A stretch of DNA of 45,051 nt from Frateuria sp. Soil773 (GTDB lineage: Bacteria; Pseudomonadota; Gammaproteobacteria; Xanthomonadales; Rhodanobacteraceae). Both the position numbers and the translations under genes were made by a program. This document shows, piece after piece, positions 1 through 13,230 of the stretch (position 1 is the first letter of the stretch; each line of letters begins with the position of its first letter). The DNA lies in contig NZ_LMSL01000041.1 in NCBI RefSeq assembly GCF_001428405.1, forward strand, positions 188,526-233,576. The letters run 5' to 3'. Below the pieces are notes generated by a model that did no database searches, was not told the DNA's origin, and saw only the letters and a program-made list of their open reading frames with translations.

Positions 1-27
1 GGATTCTCCTTTGGCAGGTGGGACAGT

Positions 28-1440
28 TCAGGACACATCGACGACGGGACGAGGCGCGGCACGCCGCGCCACCGGAACGGCCAGCGCCACCAGCACGGCG
101 AAGCCGCCGAACACCCATGGCGCCGCCGCGCGGGCGCCGGCCAGGCCGCCCGGATCGGTCAGCCCGGCCGCGTTGGCGACGAGTCCCGCCAGCGCCGCGC
201 CGAGCGACATCGCATACAACTGCACGGTGGAGATCGATGCGGAGGCGAGCGCACCCTCGTCCGCTGGTGCCACCGTCAGCAGCGCCGTGAGCAGGTGCGG
301 CCAGGCCAGCCCGATGCCCAGCCCCACGCCGGCCAGCGCGACGCACAGCGCGGCGAGGCCGGCGCCATGCGCGAAACCGGACGGCGACTGCAGCATCCAG
401 GCCAGCATCGCCAATGCCAGCGCCATCAGCACCGGGCCGGCGCGCACGCTGCCGGCGGCGAAGCGGTCGCCGCGGCCGGAGCTGAGCATGGAGCCGAAGC
501 TCCAGCCGCCGGCCATCACCGCGGTGAGATAGCCCGCCGCCAGCGGCGTATGGCCGTGGATCACCTGCAGGAAGTACGGCACGAAGATCTCCACCGTGCT
601 GCCGATCACCAGCAGGCCGATCACCGCGTACAGCGCGCGCAGGCGCGACGGCGCGTAGGCGCCGCGTGGCAGCAGCCGCACCGCCGCGCGGCGGTCGAGC
701 CGCGCGATCGAGGCGGCCAGCGCCAGGCCGGCGGCCACGCCGAGCAGTTGCAGGCCGCGCGCATGGCTCAGGCTGGCCAGCGAGATCGCCAGCACCGACA
801 GCGCCAGCAGGGCCAGCCGCCCGCCCGGCACCCGCGTCGACGCGGCGGCGGCGCCCGCCGGCAGCCAGGCCGTCACCACCAGGGCCAGCGCCAGCACGGC
901 CGGCAGCAGGCTCCAGAACGCCGCGCGCCAGTCGCCCAGTTGCGCGAAGACGCCGCCGATGGCCGGGCCCGACAGCGTGGCGATGCCCCACATCGCCGAG
1001 ACCAGCCCCATCGCGCGGGACCACAGCGCCGGCTCGAACACCTGCCGGATCAGCACGTAGGCCAGCGACACCAGCACGCCGCCGCCCAGCCCCTGCAGGC
1101 TGCGCCCGGCCAGCAGCCACGGCATCGACCCGGCGCCCGCGCAGGCCAGCGTGCCCGCGGCGAACACGCCCAGCGCCAGCAGGTAGGCGCGCTTGCCGCC
1201 GAAACGGCCGACCAGCGCCGCGGCCAGCGCGGCGCCGACGATCGAGGCGATCACGAACAAGGTGGTGTTCCAGGCGTAGTAGGCCAGGCCGCCGATGTCG
1301 TCCACGATCGACGGCATGATCGTGGTCGCCACGTAGATGTTGACGGCATGCAATGCCGTGCCGCCGGCCAGCGCGAGGGAGCGCGCGCCGTTGCGCCCCG
1401 AAAGCAGGTGCGACCAGGAGGCGGGAACGGCGACTGACAT
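28..1440 (-). CDS. MFS transporter (drug:H+ antiporter-like, about 14 TM)
   Basis: Internal Met 227 of ORF 28..2118. The 470 aa from MSVAVPASW are very hydrophobic and show MFS motifs (GRFGGKRAYLLALG, SGPAIGG). The upstream in-frame extension is Ala/Arg-rich and unlikely to be coding. Confidence 0.8.
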   Translation of the reverse strand: MSVAVPASWSHLLSGRNGARSLALAGGTALHAVNIYVATTIMPSIVDDIGGLAYYAWNTTLFVIASIVGAALAAALVGRFGGKRAYLLALGVFAAGTLACAGAGSMPWLLAGRSLQGLGGGVLVSLAYVLIRQVFEPALWSRAMGLVSAMWGIATLSGPAIGGVFAQLGDWRAAFWSLLPAVLALALVVTAWLPAGAAAASTRVPGGRLALLALSVLAISLASLSHARGLQLLGVAAGLALAASIARLDRRAAVRLLPRGAYAPSRLRALYAVIGLLVIGSTVEIFVPYFLQVIHGHTPLAAGYLTAVMAGGWSFGSMLSSGRGDRFAAGSVRAGPVLMALALAMLAWMLQSPSGFAHGAGLAALCVALAGVGLGIGLAWPHLLTALLTVAPADEGALASASISTVQLYAMSLGAALAGLVANAAGLTDPGGLAGARAAAPWVFGGFAVLVALAVPVARRAAPRPVVDVS

Positions 1441-1524
1441 GCGACCTCGACAATGCGCGCCCGGCGCGCCTAATATCCAAGCAACCCTTTGCATATTAAT
1501 CCGCGCCTCGCTAATTAAACAAGC
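1441..1524. promoter_or_regulatory. Low-GC divergent promoter/operator region between the MFS transporter and its regulator
   Basis: An AT-rich patch (gcatattaatccgcgcctcgctaattaaacaagc) carrying the palindromic hexamers ATTAAT and TAATTA in an otherwise 70% GC sequence. Genes diverge on both sides. Confidence 0.4.
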
Positions 1525-2199
1525 ATGAACTTGGATAATCCCATGGAGCCGTCCGCCGAGCGGGTCCTGCTGCAGCTCAAGACGCGCGGTCCGCAGGGCA
1601 CCTCGGCGCTCGCCGAGGCGCTGCGGCTTACCCCCGAGGCGGTGCGCCAGCAGGTGCAGAAGCTGCTGGAGGCCGGCCTGATCGATGGCGAGCCGGAGCC
1701 CGCGAAGGCCGCCGGCCGGCCGCGCCGGCTGTGGGCGCTCACCGCCGCCGGCCACGCCCGCTACCCGGATGCGCACGCGCAACTGGCCAAGGACCTGATC
1801 GCCTCGGTGCGCAGCCTGTTCGGCGACGCCGGCGTGGACCGCCTGATCGACGCGCGGCGCGACGACAACCGCCGCGCCTACCTGGATGCCATCGGCCAGC
1901 CGCGCCAGCTCGGCGAGCGCGTGCGCCGGCTCGCCGCGATCCGCGCCCACGAGGGCTACATGGCCCGCGCCGAGCGCGACGGCCGCGACTGGCTGCTGAT
2001 CGAGGACCACTGCCCGATCTGCGCCGCCGCGCAGGCCTGCCAGGGCTTCTGCCGCGCCGAGCTGGAGCTGTTCCGCGAAGTGCTTGGTCCGCAGGCCCAG
2101 GTGGTGCGCGAGCAGCACCTGCTCGCCGGCGCGCGGCGTTGCGTCTACCGCATCAGCGCCCGCCGCGCGGTCGCCACCCCGGTGCGGCTACGGCCCTGA
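1525..2199 (+). CDS. Winged-helix transcriptional regulator (ArsR/MarR-like HTH) with a C-terminal Cys-rich domain (HCPICAAAQACQGFC)
   Basis: N-terminal HTH (GTSALAEALRLTPEAVRQQVQKLLEAGLI). Divergent from the MFS gene, the classic regulator-transporter pairing. The Cys cluster suggests a metal or redox sensing domain. Confidence 0.65.
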   Translation: MNLDNPMEPSAERVLLQLKTRGPQGTSALAEALRLTPEAVRQQVQKLLEAGLIDGEPEPAKAAGRPRRLWALTAAGHARYPDAHAQLAKDLIASVRSLFGDAGVDRLIDARRDDNRRAYLDAIGQPRQLGERVRRLAAIRAHEGYMARAERDGRDWLLIEDHCPICAAAQACQGFCRAELELFREVLGPQAQVVREQHLLAGARRCVYRISARRAVATPVRLRP

Positions 2200-2318
2200 G
2201 CCGCGCGTGACCTTCGCCACTGTGCGGCCGCGGACGCCACTGCCTAACCTGCGCGTTGGCGCATGCCGCACGCCGTCGGGCGTGGCCGCTGCCGGCGCCG
2301 CCTGACCAGGGAGATTCC

Positions 2319-4355
2319 ATGAAGCACCGCCTCGTGAAGCCGATCGCACTCGCCATCGGCCTGGGCCTCTCCGCCCACGCCTTCGCCGCCGGCACGTCCG
2401 CCTTCGACGTGGGCGAACTCGATCCGAAAATCGATGCCTGCGCCGACTTCAACGGCTTCGTCAACGCCAAGTGGATCGCCGCCAACCCGGTCCCCGCCGA
2501 CCGCACCCGCTGGGGCACCTTCGACGCGCTGCGCGAGGGCAGCCTGAACGTGCAGCGCCGGATCGTGGAGGCCGCCGCGCAGCACGCCGCCCAGGCCGCG
2601 CCGGGCTCGATCGAGCAGAAGATCGGCTGGCTGTACGCCTCCGGCATGGACGAGGCGGCGATCGACCGGGCCGGCTTCGATCCGATCCGCCCGGTGCTGG
2701 CGCGCATCGATGCGCTGAAGAGCGGCGCCGACGTCGCCGGCTATGTCCGCGACAGCTACGCGCAGGGCCATCCGGTGCTGTTCCGCTTCTACGGCAACGG
2801 CGACTTCAAGGACTCCGGCCGGCAGATCGCCTACGCCGGCCAGGGCGGCCTCGGCCTGCCGACCGCCGACTACTACGCCAAGCCGGACTACGCGAAGATC
2901 CGCGCCGCCTACGTCGCGCACATCGCGCGGCTGTTCGAGCTGACCGGCACGGGCACCGCCGGGGCGAAAGCGCAGGCAAAGTCGGTGCTGGCCTTCGAGA
3001 CCCGCCTGGCCGGCGCCTCGCTGCGTCCGGTGGAACTGCGCCAGCCGGAGAACCGCTACCACTACGTAAGCCTGGCCCAGGCCGACGCGGTCACTCCGGG
3101 CTTCGACTGGGCCGCGTTCTTCAAGGCGCAGGGCGCGGACGTGGGCGACGGCTTCTCGCTGTCGCACCCGAAGTTCTTCGCCGAGGTGCAGAAGATGCTC
3201 GGCGACGTGCCGATCGCCGACTGGCGCGCCTACCTGCGCTTCCACGCGATCGACGACGCCGCGCCCTACCTCTCCACGCCGTTCCAGCGGGAGGACTTCG
3301 CCTTCAACGCCAGGACGCTGAACGGGCAGAAGGAGATCAAGCCGCGCTGGAAGCGCGCGCTGGAGAGCGTCGAGAACGGCATGGGCATGGCCCTGGGCCA
3401 GCTCTACGTCGCCGCGGCCTTCAGCCCGCAGTCCAAGGAACGCGCGCAGGTGCTGGTGGACAACCTGCGCACGGCGTACAGGGCGCGCATCGAGAAGCTC
3501 GAGTGGATGAGCGAGGCGACCAAGCGCAAGGCGCTGGAGAAATGGGCCAGCTTCACGCCGAAGATCGGCTACCCCGACCGGTGGCGCGACTGGTCCGGCC
3601 TGTCCATCCGGCCCGGCGACTACTACGCCAACGTGCAGGCGGCCGCCAGGTTCAACTACGACTACCGGGTCGGCAAGATCGGCAAGCCGGTGGACCGCAA
3701 CGAATGGGGCATGACGCCGCAGACGGTGAACGCCTACTACAGCCCGCAGAAGAACGAGATCGTGTTCCCCGCGGCGATCCTGCAGCCGCCCTTCTTCGAC
3801 GCCGCCGCGGACGACGCGCTCAACTACGGCGGCATCGGCGCGGTGATCGGCCACGAGATGAGCCACGGCTACGACGACCAGGGCAGCAAGTTCGACGCCC
3901 GCGGCAACAACGTCAACTGGTGGACCGACGCCGACCGCAAGGCCTTCGACGAACGCACCGGCAAGCTGGTTGCGCAGTTCGACGGCTACGAGGCGCTGCC
4001 CGGCAAGCACGTCAACGGCCGCCTCACCACCGGCGAGAACATCGGCGACCTGGGCGGCCTCAACGCCGCCTACGACGCCCTGCAGATGGCGCTGGCGAAG
4101 AACCCGGCCGAGGCGGGATCGAAGATCGACGGCTACACCCAGGACCAGCGCTTCTTCCTCAACTGGGCGCGGGTGTGGCGCGGCAACATCCTGCCGGAAG
4201 CGCAGATCACCCTGCTCAACACCGACCCGCACGCGCCGGCCCGGTTCCGCGCGGTCGGCGCGCCGTCGAACATGCCGGCGTTCGCGCAGGCGTTCCAATG
4301 CAAGCCGGGCGACGCGATGGTGCGCGACGGCGGGAAGCAGGTGAGGATCTGGTAG
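2319..4355 (+). CDS. pepO: M13 family zinc metallopeptidase (neprilysin/PepO-like endopeptidase), secreted
   Basis: HEMSHGYDD zincin motif and GENIGDLGG (ENxADxGG) motif. Signal peptide MKHRLVKPIALAIGLGLSAHAFAAG. RBS agggag 7 nt upstream of the ATG at 2319. Confidence 0.85.
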   Translation: MKHRLVKPIALAIGLGLSAHAFAAGTSAFDVGELDPKIDACADFNGFVNAKWIAANPVPADRTRWGTFDALREGSLNVQRRIVEAAAQHAAQAAPGSIEQKIGWLYASGMDEAAIDRAGFDPIRPVLARIDALKSGADVAGYVRDSYAQGHPVLFRFYGNGDFKDSGRQIAYAGQGGLGLPTADYYAKPDYAKIRAAYVAHIARLFELTGTGTAGAKAQAKSVLAFETRLAGASLRPVELRQPENRYHYVSLAQADAVTPGFDWAAFFKAQGADVGDGFSLSHPKFFAEVQKMLGDVPIADWRAYLRFHAIDDAAPYLSTPFQREDFAFNARTLNGQKEIKPRWKRALESVENGMGMALGQLYVAAAFSPQSKERAQVLVDNLRTAYRARIEKLEWMSEATKRKALEKWASFTPKIGYPDRWRDWSGLSIRPGDYYANVQAAARFNYDYRVGKIGKPVDRNEWGMTPQTVNAYYSPQKNEIVFPAAILQPPFFDAAADDALNYGGIGAVIGHEMSHGYDDQGSKFDARGNNVNWWTDADRKAFDERTGKLVAQFDGYEALPGKHVNGRLTTGENIGDLGGLNAAYDALQMALAKNPAEAGSKIDGYTQDQRFFLNWARVWRGNILPEAQITLLNTDPHAPARFRAVGAPSNMPAFAQAFQCKPGDAMVRDGGKQVRIW

Positions 4356-4905
4356 TCGGCCGGCCTGCCGGTACCGCCTCACCGTTGGACCGGGCGTAGC
4401 GCCGAAGGCGCGGAGTCGAAGCCCTTCGACTTCGCCGCTGCGCGGCTACGCTCAGGGCGAACGGTGAAGGTTCATCGACTTCGTCGCTATCCGGCTACGC
4501 TCAAGGCGAACGGCGAGAGTTCTTCGACTTCGCTGTTGCACGACCGCGCCAGAGCGAACGATGAAGGTTCATCGACTTCACTGCTACGCGACTGCGACAG
4601 GGCGAGCGGCGAGGGTCCGCGGCCGGGCCGATGGCCTGTGCGCGGCAGCGGGGAACAAGTGAGGATCGGGCATTCGGCCGGCCGGCCAATACCGCCTCAC
4701 CGTTCGGGCCGAGCGTAGCGCCGGAGGCGCGGAGTCGAAGCCCTTCGACTTCGCCGTTACGCTCAGGGCGAACGATGGTGATCGGCCAGCCTTCCGATAC
4801 GCCTCACCGTTCGGGCCGAGCGCAGCGCCGAAGGCGCGGAGTCGAAGCTCTTCGACTTCGCTCCTGCGCGGCTACGCTCAGGGCGAACGACGAAAATTCA
4901 GGCGA
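4330..4905. repeat. Degenerate tandem repeat tract (about 50-bp sub-units inside roughly 110-130-bp super-units) that starts inside the 3' end of the M13 peptidase gene
   Basis: The motif ccgcctcaccgttcgggccgagcgtagcgccgaaggcgcggagtcgaagcccttcgacttcgcc...gctacgctcagggcgaacg recurs three times. Each copy carries an internal palindrome, GTCGAAGCCCTTCGAC. The second copy re-duplicates the last codons of the peptidase: gggaacaagtgaggatcggg versus gaagcaggtgaggatctggtag. Confidence 0.7.
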
Positions 4906-5016
4906 ACGGTGAAGATACGCCGGCTTCGCCACCGCATTGCGTCCAGGGCGAACCGCGAGGCCCATCGATCGCGCTGCTGTACGGCCATGCCCAGGGCAAG
5001 TGGCAAAGCCTCGGGA

Positions 5017-5952
5017 TCAAGCCGACGGCGTACGCGCCCTGCCCGCCTCGTACACCTTCAGGTGCGCATAGACCACCGCCAGCAGCGAAGACGCATCGTG
5101 TTGCCGGCCGCTGCGCGCCAGCATGTCGCCGATCACGTGGTCGGCCTCGATCGCCGCGCCGGCCTGCAGGTCGCGCAGCATCGAGGCGGTGAGCGGCGAG
5201 CCGGGCTCGGTCAGCACGTCGCGGGCACGCTGCAGCGTCGCCTCGCCCGGCGCGTGGCCGGCGCGCTCCGCCACCGCGCGGCACTCCTCCAGCAGGGCGA
5301 GCGTGGCCGCCTTGCCGCCGGGCGCGGCGACGATGTCGCCCACCGATGCGCGCATCAGGCAGGTGATGCCGGCCAGCGAGGCGAGGAAGACCCACTTGTC
5401 CCACATGTCCTGCAGGATCGTCGTACTGGGACGCGCCTCGAAGCCGGCGTCGGCCAGCGCCTGCGTGATCGCCTGCATGCGCGGCGACAGGCTGCCGTCG
5501 CGCTCGCCGAAGGTCAGGCTGTGCGATTGGTTGAGGTGCTTCACCGTGCCGTGTCCGTCCAGCGTGGCGGCGATCACGCACTGCCCGCCCAGCGCATGGC
5601 CGGCGCCGAAGCGCGCGTCGAGCAGGTCGAGCTGGCGCATGCCGTTGAGCAGCGGCAGGATCGCGGTTCCGGGGCCGATCGCCGGCGCGATGTCGTCCAT
5701 CGCCGCCTCGAGGCCATAGGCCTTGCAGCTCAGCAGCACGAGATCGAACGGTTCGCGCAGGTCGCGCGCCAGCACGGTCGGCGGCGCCGGCAGGTCCGCG
5801 TCGCCGCAGGCGCTGCGGATGGCAAGCCCGTTGCGGGCCAGCGCCTCCGCGCGCCGCTCGCGCACCAGGAAGGTGACGTCGCGTCCATGCTGCAGCAGGC
5901 GGCCGCCGAAATAGCCGCCGATGGCTCCGGCGCCGACGATCAGGATACGCAT
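5017..5952 (-). CDS. panE: 2-dehydropantoate 2-reductase (ketopantoate reductase, ApbA/PanE family)
   Basis: MRILIVGAGAIGGYFGG Rossmann N-terminus, conserved K (LLSCKAY) and NGM motif. Start is Met 19 of ORF 5017..6006. Confidence 0.75.
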   Translation of the reverse strand: MRILIVGAGAIGGYFGGRLLQHGRDVTFLVRERRAEALARNGLAIRSACGDADLPAPPTVLARDLREPFDLVLLSCKAYGLEAAMDDIAPAIGPGTAILPLLNGMRQLDLLDARFGAGHALGGQCVIAATLDGHGTVKHLNQSHSLTFGERDGSLSPRMQAITQALADAGFEARPSTTILQDMWDKWVFLASLAGITCLMRASVGDIVAAPGGKAATLALLEECRAVAERAGHAPGEATLQRARDVLTEPGSPLTASMLRDLQAGAAIEADHVIGDMLARSGRQHDASSLLAVVYAHLKVYEAGRARTPSA

Positions 5953-6040
5953 GGGGCAAGCCTCCTTCGGGTGGGGTGAGGATGGAGCGTCCGACGATTT
6001 TCGCACGCGCCGGGCAGCGCCACCGGACCGTGCGCCGCGA

Positions 6041-6928
6041 TCAGCCGCGCAGCGCGGCGATCCGCGCGTCCTTGTCGAGCCACAGCGCGTTCATCCAGGC
6101 CTGGAAGTGCCCGCGGAACGCGGCATCCTTTTCGTAGTCGCCGCGCAGGCCGGCATCGATCGGCAGCTCGCGCACGTGCACGCGGATGTCGCGCACGCGG
6201 CCGGCGATGAGGTCCATCATGCTGGGAGCGCCGCCGGGGTAGACCACGGTGACATCGAGGATCGCGTGCAGCGCGTCGCCCATCGCGTCCAGCACGAAGG
6301 CCACACCGCCGGCCTTGGGCCGCAGCAGGAAGCGGTACGGCGAGGCCTGTGCCTCGTGCTTGGCACGGGTGAAGCGCGTGCCTTCCACGAAGTTCATCAC
6401 CGACACCGGCATGTGCCTGAACTTCTCGCAGGCGCGGCGGGTGGCCTCCATGTCCCTGCCCTGCAACTCCGGATGCTTCGCCAGGGTTTCCCTCGAATAG
6501 CGCTTCATGAAGGGGAAGTCGAGCGCCCACCAGGCCGGTCCCAGCAGCGGCACCCAGATCAGTTGCTGCTTGAGGAAGAAGCGCAGGAACGGGATGCGCC
6601 GGTTGAACACCTTCTGCAGCACGGGAATGTCCACCCAGCTCTGGTGGTTGCACAGCACCAGGTAGTTGCCGTCGCGGCGCAGCCCTTCGATTCCCTCGAC
6701 CCGCCAGCGGATCCGCGTGAAAAGCCCGAACAGCACGCCGTTCGCCGCGATCCAGCTTTCCGCGATGGCGACCAGCGCCCGCGAGCAGGCCCGCCGCATC
6801 GGGCGCACCGGAAGGAGCAGCTTGAGCAGGGTCAGCGCGAACAGCGGCAGCACGTGCAGCAGCACGTTGAGCACGAGCAGCACCATGGCCAGCGGCAGGC
6901 GGATCAGGCCGGGGAGCGGGAAAAGCAT
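6041..6928 (-). CDS. Lysophospholipid/1-acyl-glycerol-3-phosphate acyltransferase family protein (membrane)
   Basis: NHQSWVD (HX4D) acyltransferase motif, an N-terminal TM helix and an FVEGTR motif. Start is Met 48 of ORF 6041..7069. Confidence 0.7.
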   Translation of the reverse strand: MLFPLPGLIRLPLAMVLLVLNVLLHVLPLFALTLLKLLLPVRPMRRACSRALVAIAESWIAANGVLFGLFTRIRWRVEGIEGLRRDGNYLVLCNHQSWVDIPVLQKVFNRRIPFLRFFLKQQLIWVPLLGPAWWALDFPFMKRYSRETLAKHPELQGRDMEATRRACEKFRHMPVSVMNFVEGTRFTRAKHEAQASPYRFLLRPKAGGVAFVLDAMGDALHAILDVTVVYPGGAPSMMDLIAGRVRDIRVHVRELPIDAGLRGDYEKDAAFRGHFQAWMNALWLDKDARIAALRG

Positions 6929-7130
6929 CGGCAACCGTACGAAGTGGAAAGTCCAGAGAGTAGCCGGTCGGCCCGCGCGCCGGCGCGGCCTGCGACCATC
7001 GTTCAAGCGCCGGCCGACCGGCCCGGCGCCGCATGGGCCAGGTCGGCGCCGGCGGTACGCACGTTGCACGCCGCCGCGTGCGGGACCGGCCGGCGTCGAG
7101 GACGGCAGGCAGGCGCCGCAGCGCGCCGCC

Positions 7131-8372
7131 TTACATCAGCAGCTTGCGCACCTTCAGCAGGGCCACCACGAAGGCGTCGATTTCCTCGCGGGTGTTGTAG
7201 AACGCCAGCGAGGCGCGCAGCGTGGCGGGCACGCCGTAGAACTGCATCAGCGGATGCGCGCAGTGGTGGCCGGAGCGCACCGCCACGCCCTCCAGGTCGA
7301 GCAGGGTCGCCAGGTCGGTGGCCTGGGCGCCTTCGAGCAGGAACGAGATCACCGGCTCCTTATGCGCCGCCTCGCCGATGATGCGCAGGCCGGGCACGTC
7401 GCGCAGGCGCTCGGTGGCGTAGGCGAGCAGGTTCTGCTCCCAGGCGCGGATCGCTTCGAAGCCGAGCGACCGGTAGTAGTCGATCGCCGCGGTGACGCCC
7501 GCGAAGCCGGCGATGTTCGGCGTGCCGGCCTCGAACTTGTGCGGCGCCTCGGCGAAGGTGGTTCCGTCGAAGCTCACCTCGCGGATCATCTCGCCGCCGC
7601 CGAAGAACGGCGGCATCGATTCGAGGTGCTCACGCTTCGCCCACAGCGCGCCGGTGCCGGTGGGCGACAGCATCTTGTGGCCGGTGAAGGCGTAGAAGTC
7701 GCAGCCCAGCGCCTGCACGTCGACCGGGCGGTGCGGCACCGCCTGCGAACCGTCCACCAGCAGCGGGATGCCGCGCCGGCGGCATTCCCGCGCGATCTCG
7801 CGGACCGGGTTCACCGTGCCCAGCACGTTGGAGACGTGGGCGACGCAGGCCAGCTTCACTTCCGGGGTCAGCAGCTCCACGAACCGTTCCACGATCAGCT
7901 CGCCGCGCTCGTCGATCGGCGCCGCCTTCACGGTGGCGCCGCTGCGCGCGGCGACCAGTTGCCACGGCACGATGTTGGCGTGGTGCTCCATCGTGGTGGT
8001 GAGGATCGCGTCGCCTTCCTTCAGCCGAGGCAGCGCGTAGCTGTAGGCCACCAGGTTGATCGACTGGGTGGTGCCGGAGGTGAGGACCAGCTCGTTGCGC
8101 GAGGCGGCGTTGACGAAGCCCGCCAAACTGTCGCGTGCGCCCTCGTACGCGGCCGTCGCCTCCTCGCCGAGCTGGTGCACCGCGCGCGCCACGTTGGCGT
8201 TGTGCCGGCGGTAGTGCTCGTCCACCGCCTCGATCACCGACGCCGGCTTCTGGCTGGTGTTGGCGTTGTCGAGGTACACCAGCGGCTTGCCGTGCACGGT
8301 GCGCGCGAGCAGCGGGAAGTCGGCGCGGATGCGCTGGATGTCGAACACGGTGGCGGCGGCTGGTGCGTTCAT
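7131..8372 (-). CDS. sufS: Cysteine desulfurase SufS (group II, PLP-dependent)
   Basis: TGHKMLSPTGTGALW PLP-lysine region and the RSGHHCA active-site Cys motif. Last gene of a suf operon. Confidence 0.9.
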   Translation of the reverse strand: MNAPAAATVFDIQRIRADFPLLARTVHGKPLVYLDNANTSQKPASVIEAVDEHYRRHNANVARAVHQLGEEATAAYEGARDSLAGFVNAASRNELVLTSGTTQSINLVAYSYALPRLKEGDAILTTTMEHHANIVPWQLVAARSGATVKAAPIDERGELIVERFVELLTPEVKLACVAHVSNVLGTVNPVREIARECRRRGIPLLVDGSQAVPHRPVDVQALGCDFYAFTGHKMLSPTGTGALWAKREHLESMPPFFGGGEMIREVSFDGTTFAEAPHKFEAGTPNIAGFAGVTAAIDYYRSLGFEAIRAWEQNLLAYATERLRDVPGLRIIGEAAHKEPVISFLLEGAQATDLATLLDLEGVAVRSGHHCAHPLMQFYGVPATLRASLAFYNTREEIDAFVVALLKVRKLLM

Positions 8373-8424
8373 GCGGCGGGATCCGGTTGGGCGCCCTCCC
8401 GGCGACCGCGGGGAGGGGCGGGAA

Positions 8425-9725
8425 TCATGCGGGCAGGCGCCTGGAAAGCATGGCGAAAAGATGCTCGCGCAGGGTCTCGTCCGGCAGGTCGTCGAACACC
8501 GAGCGGCAGAACGCCGAGGTCAGCATGCTGCGCGCCTGGACCTGCGGGATGCCGCGCGAGCGCAGGTAGAACAGCGAGCGCTCGTCGAGCTGGCCGACCG
8601 TGGCGCCGTGCGCGGCCTTGACCTCGTCGGCGTAGATCTCCAGTTCCGGCTTGGTGTCGATCTCGGCCTGCCCGGACAGCAGCAGGTTCTTGTTGGCGAG
8701 GCTGGCATCGCTGCCGTCGGCGCCTGCGGCCACCACGATCGCGCCTCGGAACACGCCGCGCGCGCGCTGGTCGGCGACGCCGCGCCAGACGGAGTCGGAC
8801 GCCGTGCCCAGAGCCTGGTGGCGGATCGCCAGTTGGGTATCGACGTGCTGGCGGCCGCGCAGCGCGAACACGCCGCGCATATCCAGCCGCGATCCGTCGC
8901 CGCCCAGCTCGGCCTGCAGCTCGTGCCGCACCAGGGCGCCGCCCAGCTCCAGCACGTGCACCGCGGCCTGCGCGCGCGCGGCCAGATGGAGGCTGTTGCG
9001 GCGGACCAGGGTGCCGCCCTCGGCGGCGTCCTGCAGCACGGCATGGCGCAGCTTCGCGCCCTCGCGCAGGACGATGTCGCCGACCAGAGTGCCCAGGTGG
9101 CCCTGCTCGCCGCTGGACGCATGCTGCTCGACCAGGGCCAGCTCCGCGCCTTCGCCCAGCTCGACCACGTTGCGCGCATGCCAGGCGAGGTCGGCTTCCG
9201 CCGGCGCGCCGATGAACAGCAGGCGCACCGGCTGCGCGATCCTCGCGCCGGCCGCCACCCGCAGCACCACGCCATCGGCGGCCAGCGCGGCGTTCAGGCG
9301 CGCGAAGGCGTCGCCGGCCTCGCGATAACGCCCCGCCAGGGCGAAGCGCAGCGGTTCGGCGTCCTGCCGCAGCGACAGCGACAGCGGCTGCAGGCTCAGG
9401 CCCGCCGGCAGGTCGCGCAGGCGCGAAAGGTCGGCGCGGAAGGCGCCGTTGACGAACACCAGCTCCGGGCCGTCCGTCCCGGGCAGGGCGAAGGCGGACA
9501 GGTCGACGTCGCGGGCGTCCGCCTGCGCGTCGCCGGCGGCGAAGCGGCGCTGGGCCAGCGCGCGCAGCGCGGTGTACTTCCACGTCTCCACCCGCGTATC
9601 CGGCAGGCCGGCGGCGGCGAACGCCTCCAGGTTCTCGCGGCGCGCCGCATCCAGCCAGCCGATGCCGCTGGCCGGCAGCGGGGCGTCCAGCAGCGCGGCG
9701 ACGAACGGCGACGGCGCCGGCTGGC

Positions 9726-9729
<4 letters not shown>
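8425..9729 (-). CDS. sufD: Fe-S cluster assembly protein SufD
   Basis: SufB/SufD family C-terminal domain. Lies between sufC and sufS, and its ATG overlaps the sufC stop. Confidence 0.85.
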
Positions 9730-10493
<764 letters not shown>

Positions 10494-10518
10494 GTCTTTT
10501 GGCTCTTCAAGCTTTTGA

Positions 10519-10616
10519 CCGTCATTCCGACGCAAGCCGGAATCCAGGGTCGTTGGGTTCTGCCTTGGTGGTCAGGAGGACAAGCCGCTGGATTCCGGCC
10601 TGCGCCGGAATGACGG
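10519..10616. repeat. MITE-like palindromic repeat, copy A (family WIPACAGMT), in the sufC-sufB intergenic region
   Basis: Left arm gtcattccgacgcaagccggaatccag. Right arm ctggattccggcctgcgccggaatgac is its reverse complement. Each arm is itself a small hairpin (ccggaat...attccgg). Confidence 0.7.
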
Positions 10617-10644
10617 CCGATACGACCACGGCGGGCCATTCGGA

Positions 10645-13181
<2,537 letters not shown>

Positions 13182-13189
13182 GAAGGCGG

Positions 13190-13216
13190 GATTCGGGATT
13201 CGAGATTCGGGATTCG
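13190..13216. repeat. Heptanucleotide microsatellite (GATTCGG/GATTCGA)x4 at the glnK-amtB junction
   Basis: gattcgg gattcga gattcgg gattcg, directly after the glnK stop and before the probable amtB start. Confidence 0.6.
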
Positions 13217-13230
13217 TAAAAGCGCGCCGC

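Noticed and set aside
28-2118. Long N-terminal extensions implied by the six-frame ORFs for the MFS transporter, sufB, sufC, tgt, queA, pip, rtcB, the kinases and others
   Set aside because: The extensions are low-complexity Arg/Ala-rich sequence. They remove conserved N-terminal motifs from their expected position and often create impossible overlaps. Internal starts that restore canonical N-termini, ATGA-type couplings and family-typical lengths were chosen in their place.
4330-4905. Possible CRISPR array, suggested by regularly spaced repeated motifs containing a palindrome
   Set aside because: The conserved part takes up most of each approximately 50-bp period. The 'spacers' are not unique and are themselves repeated. 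The copies are degenerate and not identical 28-37-bp direct repeats, and there are no cas genes nearby. It is a minisatellite or REP-like tract.
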